Under the pieces are notes generated by a model. That model worked only from the letters and a program-made list of their open reading frames with translations, ran no database searches and was not told where the DNA came from. Shown here piece by piece: positions 1 to 8,205 of a stretch of 59,923 nt of DNA (the stretch's first letter is position 1; each line of letters begins with the position of its first letter). The stretch spans positions 1 to 59,923 of the forward strand of contig JAQBRN010000004.1 in the NCBI GenBank assembly GCA_028286465.1, read 5' to 3'. The DNA comes from Parcubacteria group bacterium (GTDB lineage: Bacteria > Patescibacteriota > Minisyncoccia > Phycocordibacterales > Zambryskibacteraceae). Made by a program: the position numbers and the translations under genes.

Positions 1-1
1 G

Positions 2-154
2 CATGCCATCGCACGAGCCCTTATCGAGATCGACCCGAACCTCAGAACGAAGCTCAAGGTCAAAGGCTTCTTGAAGAGAGACCCTCGAGCAGTCGAAAGA
101 AAGAAATTCGGCCTCAAGAAAGCAAGAAAGTCTCCGCAGTGGAGCAAGCGATAA
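2..154 (+). CDS. rpsI: 30S ribosomal protein S9, C-terminal fragment (5' end outside window)
   Basis: Frame 2 reads ...[30 protein letters not shown]-stop, the conserved S9 C-terminus; hairpin terminator follows. Confidence 0.85.
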   Translation, partial: HAIARALIEIDPNLRTKLKVKGFLKRDPRAVERKKFGLKKARKSPQWSKR

Positions 155-161
155 CTTCAAA

Positions 162-185
162 ACAGACCATTGGGTCTGTTTTTTA
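162..185 (+). terminator. rho-independent terminator after rpsI
   Basis: acagacc-attg-ggtctgt stem-loop followed by a T-run. Confidence 0.7.
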
Positions 186-245
186 ATAATAATCCTAGAC
201 ACGCGCTTTCGATATGGAATTCATATTTGATGCTATTGTTAATCC

Positions 246-791
246 ATGAAGATAAAAATCTGGCTGATCGCACTCGGCATTCTAGCCATCGCACTGGGAA
301 CCCTCGGGTATCGAAGTATGGAGATACCGGCGGCACGCTCCCATGTCGCTACGATAGAAGATATTTTAAAGCTGCCCAACATCCAACCCGATGATGTGTG
401 GAGCGACGACTGGGTAGAATACACAGCGCGCGATAAGACCTTCAGTTTTTATCACCCGAGCGGATGGGTCATACGGGATGTTCTCGACGGGTCGACCAAG
501 ATATTCGATGCCGCGTACGAGAATGAGCGAATGTTCGTATACGAAACCAGCAAATCGGCAGAGGAAGATGTCCGGTTACTTGTTTCGGCACAGCCGCTGA
601 TTCTGGACGGACATAGCGGCTATTGGGGCACGGTACCGGCAAGTGCAAACTCTCCTTATATTGGCCCGCTTCAGGCTTTTGTTGTAAACACAAAAACCGG
701 TTCGCTAAGGATCATTTTCAACAACAATGAAGAAGCAGGGATGACCTATACTCAGAAAGCAATGCTGCAATCCCTGAAAGTACTTAACTAG
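246..791 (+). CDS. hypothetical N-terminally anchored/secreted protein (paralog of 840..1412)
   Basis: 181-aa ORF with single N-terminal TM/signal anchor MKIKIWLIALGILAIALGTLGY; TGcTATTGT box 6 nt upstream of ATG; no catalytic motif recognised. Confidence 0.6.
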   Translation: MKIKIWLIALGILAIALGTLGYRSMEIPAARSHVATIEDILKLPNIQPDDVWSDDWVEYTARDKTFSFYHPSGWVIRDVLDGSTKIFDAAYENERMFVYETSKSAEEDVRLLVSAQPLILDGHSGYWGTVPASANSPYIGPLQAFVVNTKTGSLRIIFNNNEEAGMTYTQKAMLQSLKVLN

Positions 792-839
792 GACACCGTA
801 TTGAGTAGTAAGAATTCAGTTTGATGGTATCGTTAACTC

Positions 840-1412
840 ATGAAAACAAAAACCTGGCTCATCCTGCTTGGTATCTGTGCAGTGATTCTCGGAGGGCTCG
901 GTTACCATGCCAGATATGTGTTCTCCGTTCCAACAGATTGGAAAACATACGCAAGCCAAAGTGATAGATATACACTTGAATACCCGCAATATTTACCAAT
1001 AGGAAAGAAGATAACCATGAAATCACCCGGAATTGCTCCGGCCGACAATAAGGACTTTACTGGAATTTCAATAGGAAATTTTATTCTTGCATCGGATCAG
1101 GGTTATGCCACCTTTCATTATTTCTTCGATGACGCGCTTCCAACCCTGGCCGCAGCCGAAACCGCCCTGCAAAAGGACCCATCAAGCTGCGGCAAGATAG
1201 CCTTCTCTGATCCTCAGATCCACGCAGTGGAATGCGATGGTTATGGAGGACAAATGTATCTTGCTCTCGTTGAAGGAAAGGATGGACACTATGTCTTCAT
1301 ATACAGCGGAATGGGAAAGTATAACGAAAGTGACTTTCAAGCCCCGCCTCCAGGATTTAAAAGTATTGATGATTTTAAAAGGCTTCTCTCAACCTTCACG
1401 TTTACCGATTAA
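840..1412 (+). CDS. hypothetical N-terminally anchored/secreted protein (paralog of 246..791)
   Basis: 190-aa ORF, N-terminus MKTKTWLILLGICAVILGGLGYH mirrors the previous gene; upstream 35 nt also homologous (TGgTATCGT-6 nt-ATG). Confidence 0.6.
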   Translation: MKTKTWLILLGICAVILGGLGYHARYVFSVPTDWKTYASQSDRYTLEYPQYLPIGKKITMKSPGIAPADNKDFTGISIGNFILASDQGYATFHYFFDDALPTLAAAETALQKDPSSCGKIAFSDPQIHAVECDGYGGQMYLALVEGKDGHYVFIYSGMGKYNESDFQAPPPGFKSIDDFKRLLSTFTFTD

Positions 1413-1451
1413 TTTCCACAACAAATCTCCGCTGAAATCCAGCGCGGATTT

Positions 1452-1460
1452 TGCTATAAT
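1452..1460 (+). promoter_or_regulatory. extended -10 box TGcTATAAT, 6 nt upstream of ATG 1467 (leaderless-type promoter)
   Basis: ttTGcTATAATgcggcgATG read directly; no Shine-Dalgarno between box and ATG. Confidence 0.55.
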
Positions 1461-1466
1461 GCGGCG

Positions 1467-2024
1467 ATGCGAAAAGAAAAAGGCTTTATATTTTCATTAG
1501 TGCTCATAGCCATCGGAGCTTTCCTCGGCTGGAAGGCATACGAAGCGATAAAGGCGCCCGCCGATACGCCGGCTGCCACAACAGTACAAGGCCCGAGCAC
1601 CGCTACGAGCGTCAGAGGTTCGATCGGGCCGGACTACACGCCGACCGATGAGACAAGCTCGACCGATGTCTCTACCTGGAAGACATACTCGGTTCTTGGC
1701 GGTCTTGCAAGCTTCAAATATCCAAGCGACTGGACCCTCAAAGGCACGACGCTTGCGAGCGCCAAAGGCGGCATAACGATCAGGGGCGCCTACGCGAAGG
1801 GGAGCTTACCTTCATGCGATCCGGCAAATTGTACGACCGGTACGGTCAACGGGCTCGCCTATACGCGTACCGCCGTTACATCGGGGACAAATACCACTCT
1901 TGTCTATAGGGCCTCGAAGCTCGGCTATATCGGCACGGCGACGGCAATCATTGCTACCGATCCAAAGCAGCTTGCGAACATCGCCCTCGTCGATGAGATC
2001 GTAGGCACCATTAACGTCAAATAA
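1467..2024 (+). CDS. hypothetical N-terminally anchored protein
   Basis: 185-aa ORF, TM anchor FIFSLVLIAIGAFLGW then Thr/Ser/Pro-rich linker and a beta-rich domain; third anchored protein in a row. Confidence 0.6.
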   Translation: MRKEKGFIFSLVLIAIGAFLGWKAYEAIKAPADTPAATTVQGPSTATSVRGSIGPDYTPTDETSSTDVSTWKTYSVLGGLASFKYPSDWTLKGTTLASAKGGITIRGAYAKGSLPSCDPANCTTGTVNGLAYTRTAVTSGTNTTLVYRASKLGYIGTATAIIATDPKQLANIALVDEIVGTINVK

Positions 2025-2025
2025 T

Positions 2026-2550
2026 ATGGAGGAAGAAGACATTCAGCTTGATAAGGAAGGGATCGACGACTCGGTCATTGCCGAAGAAGCGCAGGGGGAG
2101 ACCATCAAGAAGCTTCGCCAGAAGGTGAAGGACGCCGAAGGCAAGGCCAAGGAACACTTGGACAACTGGCAGCGCGCTCAGGCCGAATTCGTGAATCTCA
2201 GGAAGCGCGACGAGGAAGCCCAGACCCAGTTCGTGAAATTCGCGAAAGGTGAAGTGCTCTCGGAATTGATCCCTGTCCTCGATGCGCTCTCATCGGCAGT
2301 GTCCCACGGCGAGAAGAGCGTCGAGCCCATACAAAACCTCTTCCTGAAGATCCTGAAGCAGCACGGGCTCGAAGAAATCGACCCATTAGGAGAAGCATTC
2401 GACCCGCGCTTGCACGAAGCTGTCGGTGTCATTCCCACCACGAAAGAGGATGAGGATCATAAGGTACTTGAAGTCTTTCAAAAGGGTTATATAATGTCGG
2501 GCAAAACACTCCGTCCCGCAAAGGTTCGCATCGGAGAATTTACACACTAA
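2026..2550 (+). CDS. grpE: nucleotide exchange factor GrpE
   Basis: 174 aa; coiled-coil N-terminus then ELIPVLDAL...[10 protein letters not shown]...V.QKGY motifs; sits directly upstream of dnaK. Confidence 0.9.
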   Translation: MEEEDIQLDKEGIDDSVIAEEAQGETIKKLRQKVKDAEGKAKEHLDNWQRAQAEFVNLRKRDEEAQTQFVKFAKGEVLSELIPVLDALSSAVSHGEKSVEPIQNLFLKILKQHGLEEIDPLGEAFDPRLHEAVGVIPTTKEDEDHKVLEVFQKGYIMSGKTLRPAKVRIGEFTH

Positions 2551-2560
2551 TACAACTACA

Positions 2561-4498
2561 ATGGCAAAAATCATCGGAATAGACCTCGGAACGACCTTCT
2601 CGGCAGTGGCCGTCATGGAAGTCGGTGCTCCGAAAATCATCGAAAATGCGGAGGGAGCACGTACCACGCCGTCGATCGTTGCCGTTTCGAAAACGGGCGA
2701 GCGTCTCGTCGGACTCCTCGCCAAGCGCCAGGCCGTGACCAACCCGAAGAATACCGTCTTCGGCATCAAGCGCTTCATAGGACACAAGTTCTCGGATCCT
2801 GCCGTGCAGAAGGACAAGTCGAATATTCCATATGAAGTGAAGGAGGCTCCAGACGGCGGCGTGCTCGTTCATATGGGCGATAAGGATTATCGTCCTGAAG
2901 AAGTCTCGGCCATGATCCTTCAGAAGCTGAAGACCGACGCCGAAGCCAAGCTCGGAGAGAAGGTGACGCAGGCCATCATTACCGTTCCGGCCTACTTCAA
3001 CGACGCTCAGCGCCAGGCGACGAAGAACGCAGGCCAGATCGCCGGGCTCGAGGTATTGCGCATCATCAACGAGCCGACGGCCGCAGCTCTCGCCTACGGT
3101 TTCAATAAAAAGAAGAATGAAAAGATCGCCGTCTTCGACTTCGGCGGCGGTACCTACGACATTTCCATCCTCGAAGTGGCGGATGCCGATGGCCAGCAAA
3201 GCATCGAAGTACGCTCGACCGACGGAGACTCTCACTTGGGCGGCCGTGACATCGACCAGAAGATCTTGAATTGGCTCGCGGAAGAATTCAAGAAAGAGTC
3301 AGGCATCGACGTGAGGAACGACGCTCTCGCCCTTCAGCGCCTCGATGAAGCCGCTGAGAAGGCGAAGATCGAACTCTCGACAGCGACAGAAACAGAGATC
3401 AACATCCCATTCCTTACTTCGGACAGCTCAGGCCCTCGCCACCTTCTCATCAAGATGAGCCGCGCCAAGCTCGAAGAACTGGCACAGGAATTCATCGATC
3501 GCGCTATTGAGATCACGAAACGTGCCATGGATGCATCGCCGTTCAAGGTCGGCGACATCGACGAAGTCATTCTCGTCGGAGGCCAGACCCGCATGCCGGC
3601 AATTTCTGATGCCGTGAAGAAATTCTTCAATAAGGAACCGAACAAAAGCATTAACCCTGATGAAGTGGTGGCTCTTGGAGCAGCCGTTCAGGCGGGCGTG
3701 CTTTCCGGAGATGTGAAGGACGTTTTGCTTCTCGACGTCATACCTCTCTCTCTCGGCATCGAGACCATGGGAGGGGTCAACACCAAACTTATCGAGAAGA
3801 ACACCACCATTCCATCATCCCGTTCTCAGGTTTTCTCAACCGCGGCGGATAATCAGACATCCGTCGAGATCCACATCGTTCAAGGAGAGAGAGCTATGGC
3901 TAGTGACAATAAATCTCTCGGCAAATTTATCCTCGACGGCATTCCGCCGGCACCTCGCGGGATGCCGCAGGTCGAAGTGACCTTCGACGTCGATGCGAAC
4001 GGTATTCTTAATGTGAAGGCCAAGGACAAGACTTCAGGCAAGGAACAGTCGATCCGCATCGAAGCGGGCTCGAGCCTTTCGAAGGAAGATATCGAGCGCA
4101 TGCAGAAGGAGGCGGAAGCCAATGCTGTTGAAGACGCGAAGAAGAAAGAGCTTGTTGACGCCAAGAACACCGCAGAACAGCTTATCTACACCGCAGAAAA
4201 AGCTCTTAAAGATGCTGCCAATATTCCGGAAGACATTAAGACGGGAGTGAACGCGAAGATCGAGGCATTAAGAAAGGAGAAGGATGCGGGGACCGTAGAA
4301 ACTATCAAGTCGGCAACGGAAGCTCTGTCGACCGAACTCTCGAAGATCGGAGAATGGATGAGCAAAAACTCCGCCGCCTCCGCAAATGCTTCGGCGGGCC
4401 AAGCAGAACCAAACGCATCATCAACTACGCAGGGCGACGTGAAGGACGCCGAATTCAAAGAGGGAACAGACGGATCTAACACCGGCACGAACGCTTAA
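2561..4498 (+). CDS. dnaK: molecular chaperone DnaK (Hsp70)
   Basis: 645 aa; [33 protein letters not shown] Hsp70 signatures. Confidence 0.98.
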   Translation: MAKIIGIDLGTTFSAVAVMEVGAPKIIENAEGARTTPSIVAVSKTGERLVGLLAKRQAVTNPKNTVFGIKRFIGHKFSDPAVQKDKSNIPYEVKEAPDGGVLVHMGDKDYRPEEVSAMILQKLKTDAEAKLGEKVTQAIITVPAYFNDAQRQATKNAGQIAGLEVLRIINEPTAAALAYGFNKKKNEKIAVFDFGGGTYDISILEVADADGQQSIEVRSTDGDSHLGGRDIDQKILNWLAEEFKKESGIDVRNDALALQRLDEAAEKAKIELSTATETEINIPFLTSDSSGPRHLLIKMSRAKLEELAQEFIDRAIEITKRAMDASPFKVGDIDEVILVGGQTRMPAISDAVKKFFNKEPNKSINPDEVVALGAAVQAGVLSGDVKDVLLLDVIPLSLGIETMGGVNTKLIEKNTTIPSSRSQVFSTAADNQTSVEIHIVQGERAMASDNKSLGKFILDGIPPAPRGMPQVEVTFDVDANGILNVKAKDKTSGKEQSIRIEAGSSLSKEDIERMQKEAEANAVEDAKKKELVDAKNTAEQLIYTAEKALKDAANIPEDIKTGVNAKIEALRKEKDAGTVETIKSATEALSTELSKIGEWMSKNSAASANASAGQAEPNASSTTQGDVKDAEFKEGTDGSNTGTNA

Positions 4499-5379
4499 TG
4501 GCTAAGGATTATTATCAGATCCTCGGCGTCGAAAAAAGTGCAAGCGAAGAGGACGTGAAGAAAGCCTTCCGTAAACTCGCGCACCAGTACCATCCGGACA
4601 AGAAAGACGGCAACGAAGCCAAGTTCAAGGAAGTGAACGAAGCCTATGGAGTCTTGGGCAACAAGGAGAAGCGCGCCCAGTATGACCGATTCGGTTCGGC
4701 CGGACCCAGCATGGGTGGAGGCACGCAGGGAGGAGCGGGAGGGTTCAATCCGAACGATTTCGGCTTTGATTTTAGCGGTTTTCAAGGCGGCTTCGGTGCA
4801 GAAGGGTTCGAGGGAGACCTTGGAGACATCCTTTCGTCGATCTTCGGCGGGAGAAGAACGAGGAAGGGAAGAGACATACAAGTGGACATGGAGCTCTCGT
4901 TCGAGGAGTCGATCTTCGGCTTGGAAAAGAAGGTCACCATCAACTCGAAGCTCGTGAAGCAACATGAACTCTCCGTGCGCATTCCGTCAGGGATCGACAA
5001 TGGACAGATGGTCCGCATGACCGGATTCGGCGAGACGATCGAGGACGGCACGCCGGGGGACTTATATGTGAAGGTCCATGTGAAGCGACACCCGTACCTG
5101 CGCAAGGAAGGATACAATCTCGTCATGGACCTCACCGCCTCGCTCTCGGACGCTCTTCTCGGCGTTGAGAAAAAGATCACCACCCTCGACGGCGATATTA
5201 CCTTGAAGATCACCGCAGGTACCAACACCGGCACCATTCTCCGTGTTAAGGGCAAGGGAGTGCCGCAAAGCGGCAACAAACGCGGCGATCTCTACGTCCG
5301 CATCACGGTCAAACTCCCGGAAAAGCTCTCGAAGGAGCAGAAGAAAATCGTGGAGGAGCTTAAAAATTCCGGTTTGTAA
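4498..5379 (+). CDS. dnaJ: DnaJ-family co-chaperone lacking the zinc-finger domain (type II / CbpA-like architecture)
   Basis: 293 aa; J domain with HPD (YHPDKK), G/F-rich linker, C-terminal substrate-binding repeats; translation contains no cysteine at all; start overlaps dnaK stop (TAATG). Confidence 0.85.
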   Translation: MAKDYYQILGVEKSASEEDVKKAFRKLAHQYHPDKKDGNEAKFKEVNEAYGVLGNKEKRAQYDRFGSAGPSMGGGTQGGAGGFNPNDFGFDFSGFQGGFGAEGFEGDLGDILSSIFGGRRTRKGRDIQVDMELSFEESIFGLEKKVTINSKLVKQHELSVRIPSGIDNGQMVRMTGFGETIEDGTPGDLYVKVHVKRHPYLRKEGYNLVMDLTASLSDALLGVEKKITTLDGDITLKITAGTNTGTILRVKGKGVPQSGNKRGDLYVRITVKLPEKLSKEQKKIVEELKNSGL

Positions 5380-5412
5380 AAGATTTTTGAATAGGCTAGG
5401 GTAGGGGCAGAA

Positions 5413-6264
5413 GTGAACATTCCATCCATAGGGGACAACATGCCTTCGCCTTATATCGGCGTTACAGGATTCGAGACGCTCAAGCAAGTCGACAACATTG
5501 CCCGAATGATATCCGGCAAATCATACCTTCTTATGAACGGCGTTCTCGTCTCGCACAAGACGCTCAATGGCCAACCGAACAATTGGCCGATGCGCTATCC
5601 GAAGCGCGAAGATGTGACCGATCTGTTTTCGATTCACTCTTCGGTGATGAACATCGTTCACTACAACACCAGGGAACCTGCGACTCTCGTGCCGCAATTG
5701 CTTGGCATCATCGGCTTATGCCATGCAAGCAGGCATCTGAGAGGACTGGGCATGCCTGGCCCGACGCTCGACGGCTTCCAGCTCAATATGCGCTGGCCGG
5801 ATCCGAACACGCTCAGGCAGTTCAAGGAGCTGACGCAGAATCGCTACCAAATCATTCTGCAGATCGGCAAGGGTGCCTTGAGTATGGCGAACACCGAGGA
5901 AGCAACGTGGTACGCGCCGCAGCATATTGTGAGCATGCTCAGTCCATACCAAGGGATCACCGATTACATCCTTCTCGATCCGAGCAGCGGTCTCGGCCTT
6001 CCGCTCGAGATCGACGTGATCGACCGGTATCTCGAAGCGATCTACCGAGAGTCCTTCAGTTTCGGAATCGGCATCGCCGGCGGCTTCTCGAAAGAGACGG
6101 CAAGGAGCATACTTCCCCTTGTCGGCAAGTATCATGACCTCTCCGTCGATGCAGAAGGGAAACTGCGAGACGAAGATGACCGTTTCAGTATGGATAAGGC
6201 AACGGCGTATGTCGAAGAGATGTCGAGAGTCCTTATGTATTCGAAAGAAACCCTGCGCACGTAG
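5413..6264 (+). CDS. TIM-barrel protein resembling phosphoribosylanthranilate isomerase (TrpF-like), function uncertain
   Basis: 283-aa ORF (GTG 5413; alternative ATG 5440 behind AGGGGA). Motifs IGVTGF, YILLDPSSGLG, IGIAGGF, LSVDAEGKLR resemble TrpF beta-strand/phosphate-binding motifs; no other trp genes nearby. Confidence 0.4.
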   Translation: MNIPSIGDNMPSPYIGVTGFETLKQVDNIARMISGKSYLLMNGVLVSHKTLNGQPNNWPMRYPKREDVTDLFSIHSSVMNIVHYNTREPATLVPQLLGIIGLCHASRHLRGLGMPGPTLDGFQLNMRWPDPNTLRQFKELTQNRYQIILQIGKGALSMANTEEATWYAPQHIVSMLSPYQGITDYILLDPSSGLGLPLEIDVIDRYLEAIYRESFSFGIGIAGGFSKETARSILPLVGKYHDLSVDAEGKLRDEDDRFSMDKATAYVEEMSRVLMYSKETLRT

Positions 6265-6274
6265 CTCGGGGTTT

Positions 6275-6676
6275 TTATTTGCTTTCGGAACGTTCGCTGA
6301 AGACCATTTTGGATTTCCTTGTAACGGCGAGCACGGCAAGGACTGCAATGTATGTAGAAATGACTTCGGGCGGCATTCTATAGCTGCTGCCGGTCGCATA
6401 GGTCGTCAGGAGCATGCCCATGACAAGCACGGTCCAGAGGAAAACGTATACTTCGCCCGGGTGGCGGCCGACCGAGTAGAACTGCCAGCGCTCAAATTCC
6501 TTCTCGGCGCTGAAGATGGCGAGTGCGGCCACGTAGACAGCGGCAACAGGGCCGATGATATTCTCGAGCCCGCCGCCTCTGAAAAAGTCGTCCATAATGA
6601 CAAGGAAAAGAAGGGCGGTCCAAACATTGGTCAGCCAGCGCCAGTAAGTACCGCTGGTTCGTTTGTTCTTGGGCAT
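6275..6676 (-). CDS. hypothetical integral membrane protein
   Basis: About 4 predicted TM helices; ATG at 6676 lies 6 nt downstream of TATACT (track start 6682 is a GTG inside that spacer). Confidence 0.6.
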   Translation of the reverse strand: MPKNKRTSGTYWRWLTNVWTALLFLVIMDDFFRGGGLENIIGPVAAVYVAALAIFSAEKEFERWQFYSVGRHPGEVYVFLWTVLVMGMLLTTYATGSSYRMPPEVISTYIAVLAVLAVTRKSKMVFSERSESK

Positions 6677-6726
6677 ATACACAGTATATCAGTAGGGTAT
6701 ACTATTTCAGTAACTAATTTCATTCT

Positions 6727-7449
6727 ATGAATCAAGATCCAGCACTTCGCCAAAGCATATTCGTTTCAGTGGCCATCCTTATTGCCGGAGGATTCGTCGC
6801 AGGTGCCATTCTGTATAACGGCGCGCATTCGACAGGAGGATCAGTCGCGGCAGGCGGACAGCAGGCGGCTCCGACCACGAAACCTGCGGATATTTCGAAA
6901 GTGAAAACGGATGGGGAACCCTTCATCGGCAAGACGGACGCTCCGGTCGTCATCGCGTACTGGTCTGACTACCAGTGTCCGTTCTGCCAGCGTAACGAGC
7001 AGCAAGTGATCCCGGAGATCATCAAGAACTACGTGGACACCGGCAAGGCGAAGATCGTCTTCAAGGATTACCCGTTCCTCGGCAGCGATTCCGTGACCGG
7101 AGCAGAGTACGGACGCTCGATCTGGAAACTATATCCTGATCAATACTTCGCATGGCATACCGCCATGTTTACTGCCCAGGATGCAGAGGGGGATACGGGC
7201 TTCGGCAATGCCGCTTCCATAGACAAACTCGACGCCACTATCCAGGGTCTCGATGCAGCGAAGATCAAAGCAGACGTCGCGTCCAATAAGGCTGCCTACG
7301 ACGCACAGGTAAACGCAGACAAAGCCGAGGGCAGCGCCATGGGCATCCAGGGTACTCCGGGAACTATCATCGGCAAGATGCTTATTCCCGGCGCTCTTCC
7401 GTACTCTGCCTTTCAGGACGCCATCGAAACCGCTCTTAAGAATAGCTAA
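6727..7449 (+). CDS. DsbA-family thiol:disulfide oxidoreductase, membrane anchored
   Basis: 240 aa; N-terminal TM helix, thioredoxin-fold active site YWSDYQCPFCQ (CPFC), C-terminal GTPG.. motif typical of DsbA-like proteins. Confidence 0.8.
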   Translation: MNQDPALRQSIFVSVAILIAGGFVAGAILYNGAHSTGGSVAAGGQQAAPTTKPADISKVKTDGEPFIGKTDAPVVIAYWSDYQCPFCQRNEQQVIPEIIKNYVDTGKAKIVFKDYPFLGSDSVTGAEYGRSIWKLYPDQYFAWHTAMFTAQDAEGDTGFGNAASIDKLDATIQGLDAAKIKADVASNKAAYDAQVNADKAEGSAMGIQGTPGTIIGKMLIPGALPYSAFQDAIETALKNS

Positions 7450-7454
7450 ACGCC

Positions 7455-7829
7455 GTGACCAAGATCTCGAGCGCCATATTCTCGATCTACATCGCTTGCC
7501 TCCTGTATGTTGAGGTGCCGTACGTAAAGACCCTCACCGTCTTAGGCAAAGATTCAAGCGGACTTTTCTGGAACCACCTGGCCGTCTTCCTTATCTTCTT
7601 CATACTCGCATTCTTCACTCTCGGAAAGCACATCGCGTCTTACGGCTCGGGAGCCAAAACCTTCCTCGCCGGCCTTCTCCTCATCGGACTCATCATCACG
7701 GTCTTCTATCACATCGTGCCGATCGCACCCGTGTATAAAATCCCTTCCCTTCTTGATCCGTATTTCTCGACTGACACCGCCTTCACCGCCTGGCTCATCG
7801 CCCCGCTTGCTCTGCTTATCTTCATATAG
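7455..7829 (+). CDS. hypothetical integral membrane protein (GTG start)
   Basis: 124 aa, 4 hydrophobic helices, starts 5 nt after the DsbA-like gene; only one Cys so not an obvious DsbB/VKOR. Confidence 0.5.
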   Translation: MTKISSAIFSIYIACLLYVEVPYVKTLTVLGKDSSGLFWNHLAVFLIFFILAFFTLGKHIASYGSGAKTFLAGLLLIGLIITVFYHIVPIAPVYKIPSLLDPYFSTDTAFTAWLIAPLALLIFI

Positions 7830-7854
7830 AAAAAGAGAGCCTCATTGGGCTCTC
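7830..7854 (-). terminator. rho-independent terminator (copy 1 of a repeated 29-nt element)
   Basis: gagagcc-tcattg-ggctctc with A-run on + strand (T-run on - strand); near-identical copy at 10108..10132. Confidence 0.7.
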
Positions 7855-7860
7855 GAATGA

Positions 7861-8112
7861 TTAGACTTGTGTAACCAGTCTACGTTTGTCTTTTTCCGGT
7901 GTACCGAGATCCGGCGGGACCGGTTCATCCCCGCCATCATCTTGGCGAATGATCCCGGCGATCCGAAACCAAGGGAACCATTTCCATCGCCAGCGGACAA
8001 TGGCGATCCTCTTGCCGGTCGCGACCATCCGCCATACCCAGGCCTGGCCTTCCTTGGTGCGCCATTCCTTCTTGGTTATTTCGTCGTCATAGCGAGCTTT
8101 CCGCTGTTGCAT
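7861..8112 (-). CDS. small Trp/Arg-rich hypothetical protein
   Basis: 83-aa ORF with GGGAGG 5 nt upstream of ATG and its own terminator; core IVRWRWKWFPWFRIAGIIR. Confidence 0.45.
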   Translation of the reverse strand: MQQRKARYDDEITKKEWRTKEGQAWVWRMVATGKRIAIVRWRWKWFPWFRIAGIIRQDDGGDEPVPPDLGTPEKDKRRLVTQV

Positions 8113-8153
8113 TCCGGCCTCCCACAGGCTGATCTCGGACTACCATACCATAT

Positions 8154-8179
8154 AAAAAGAGCGCTGGTCAGGCGCTCTT
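8154..8179 (-). terminator. rho-independent terminator after ABC exporter gene 8206..10032
   Basis: aagagcgc-tggtcag-gcgctctt hairpin, T-run on the - strand. Confidence 0.7.
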
Positions 8180-8205
8180 CTGGTTTTAGACCGTTTTAGT
8201 ATGTA

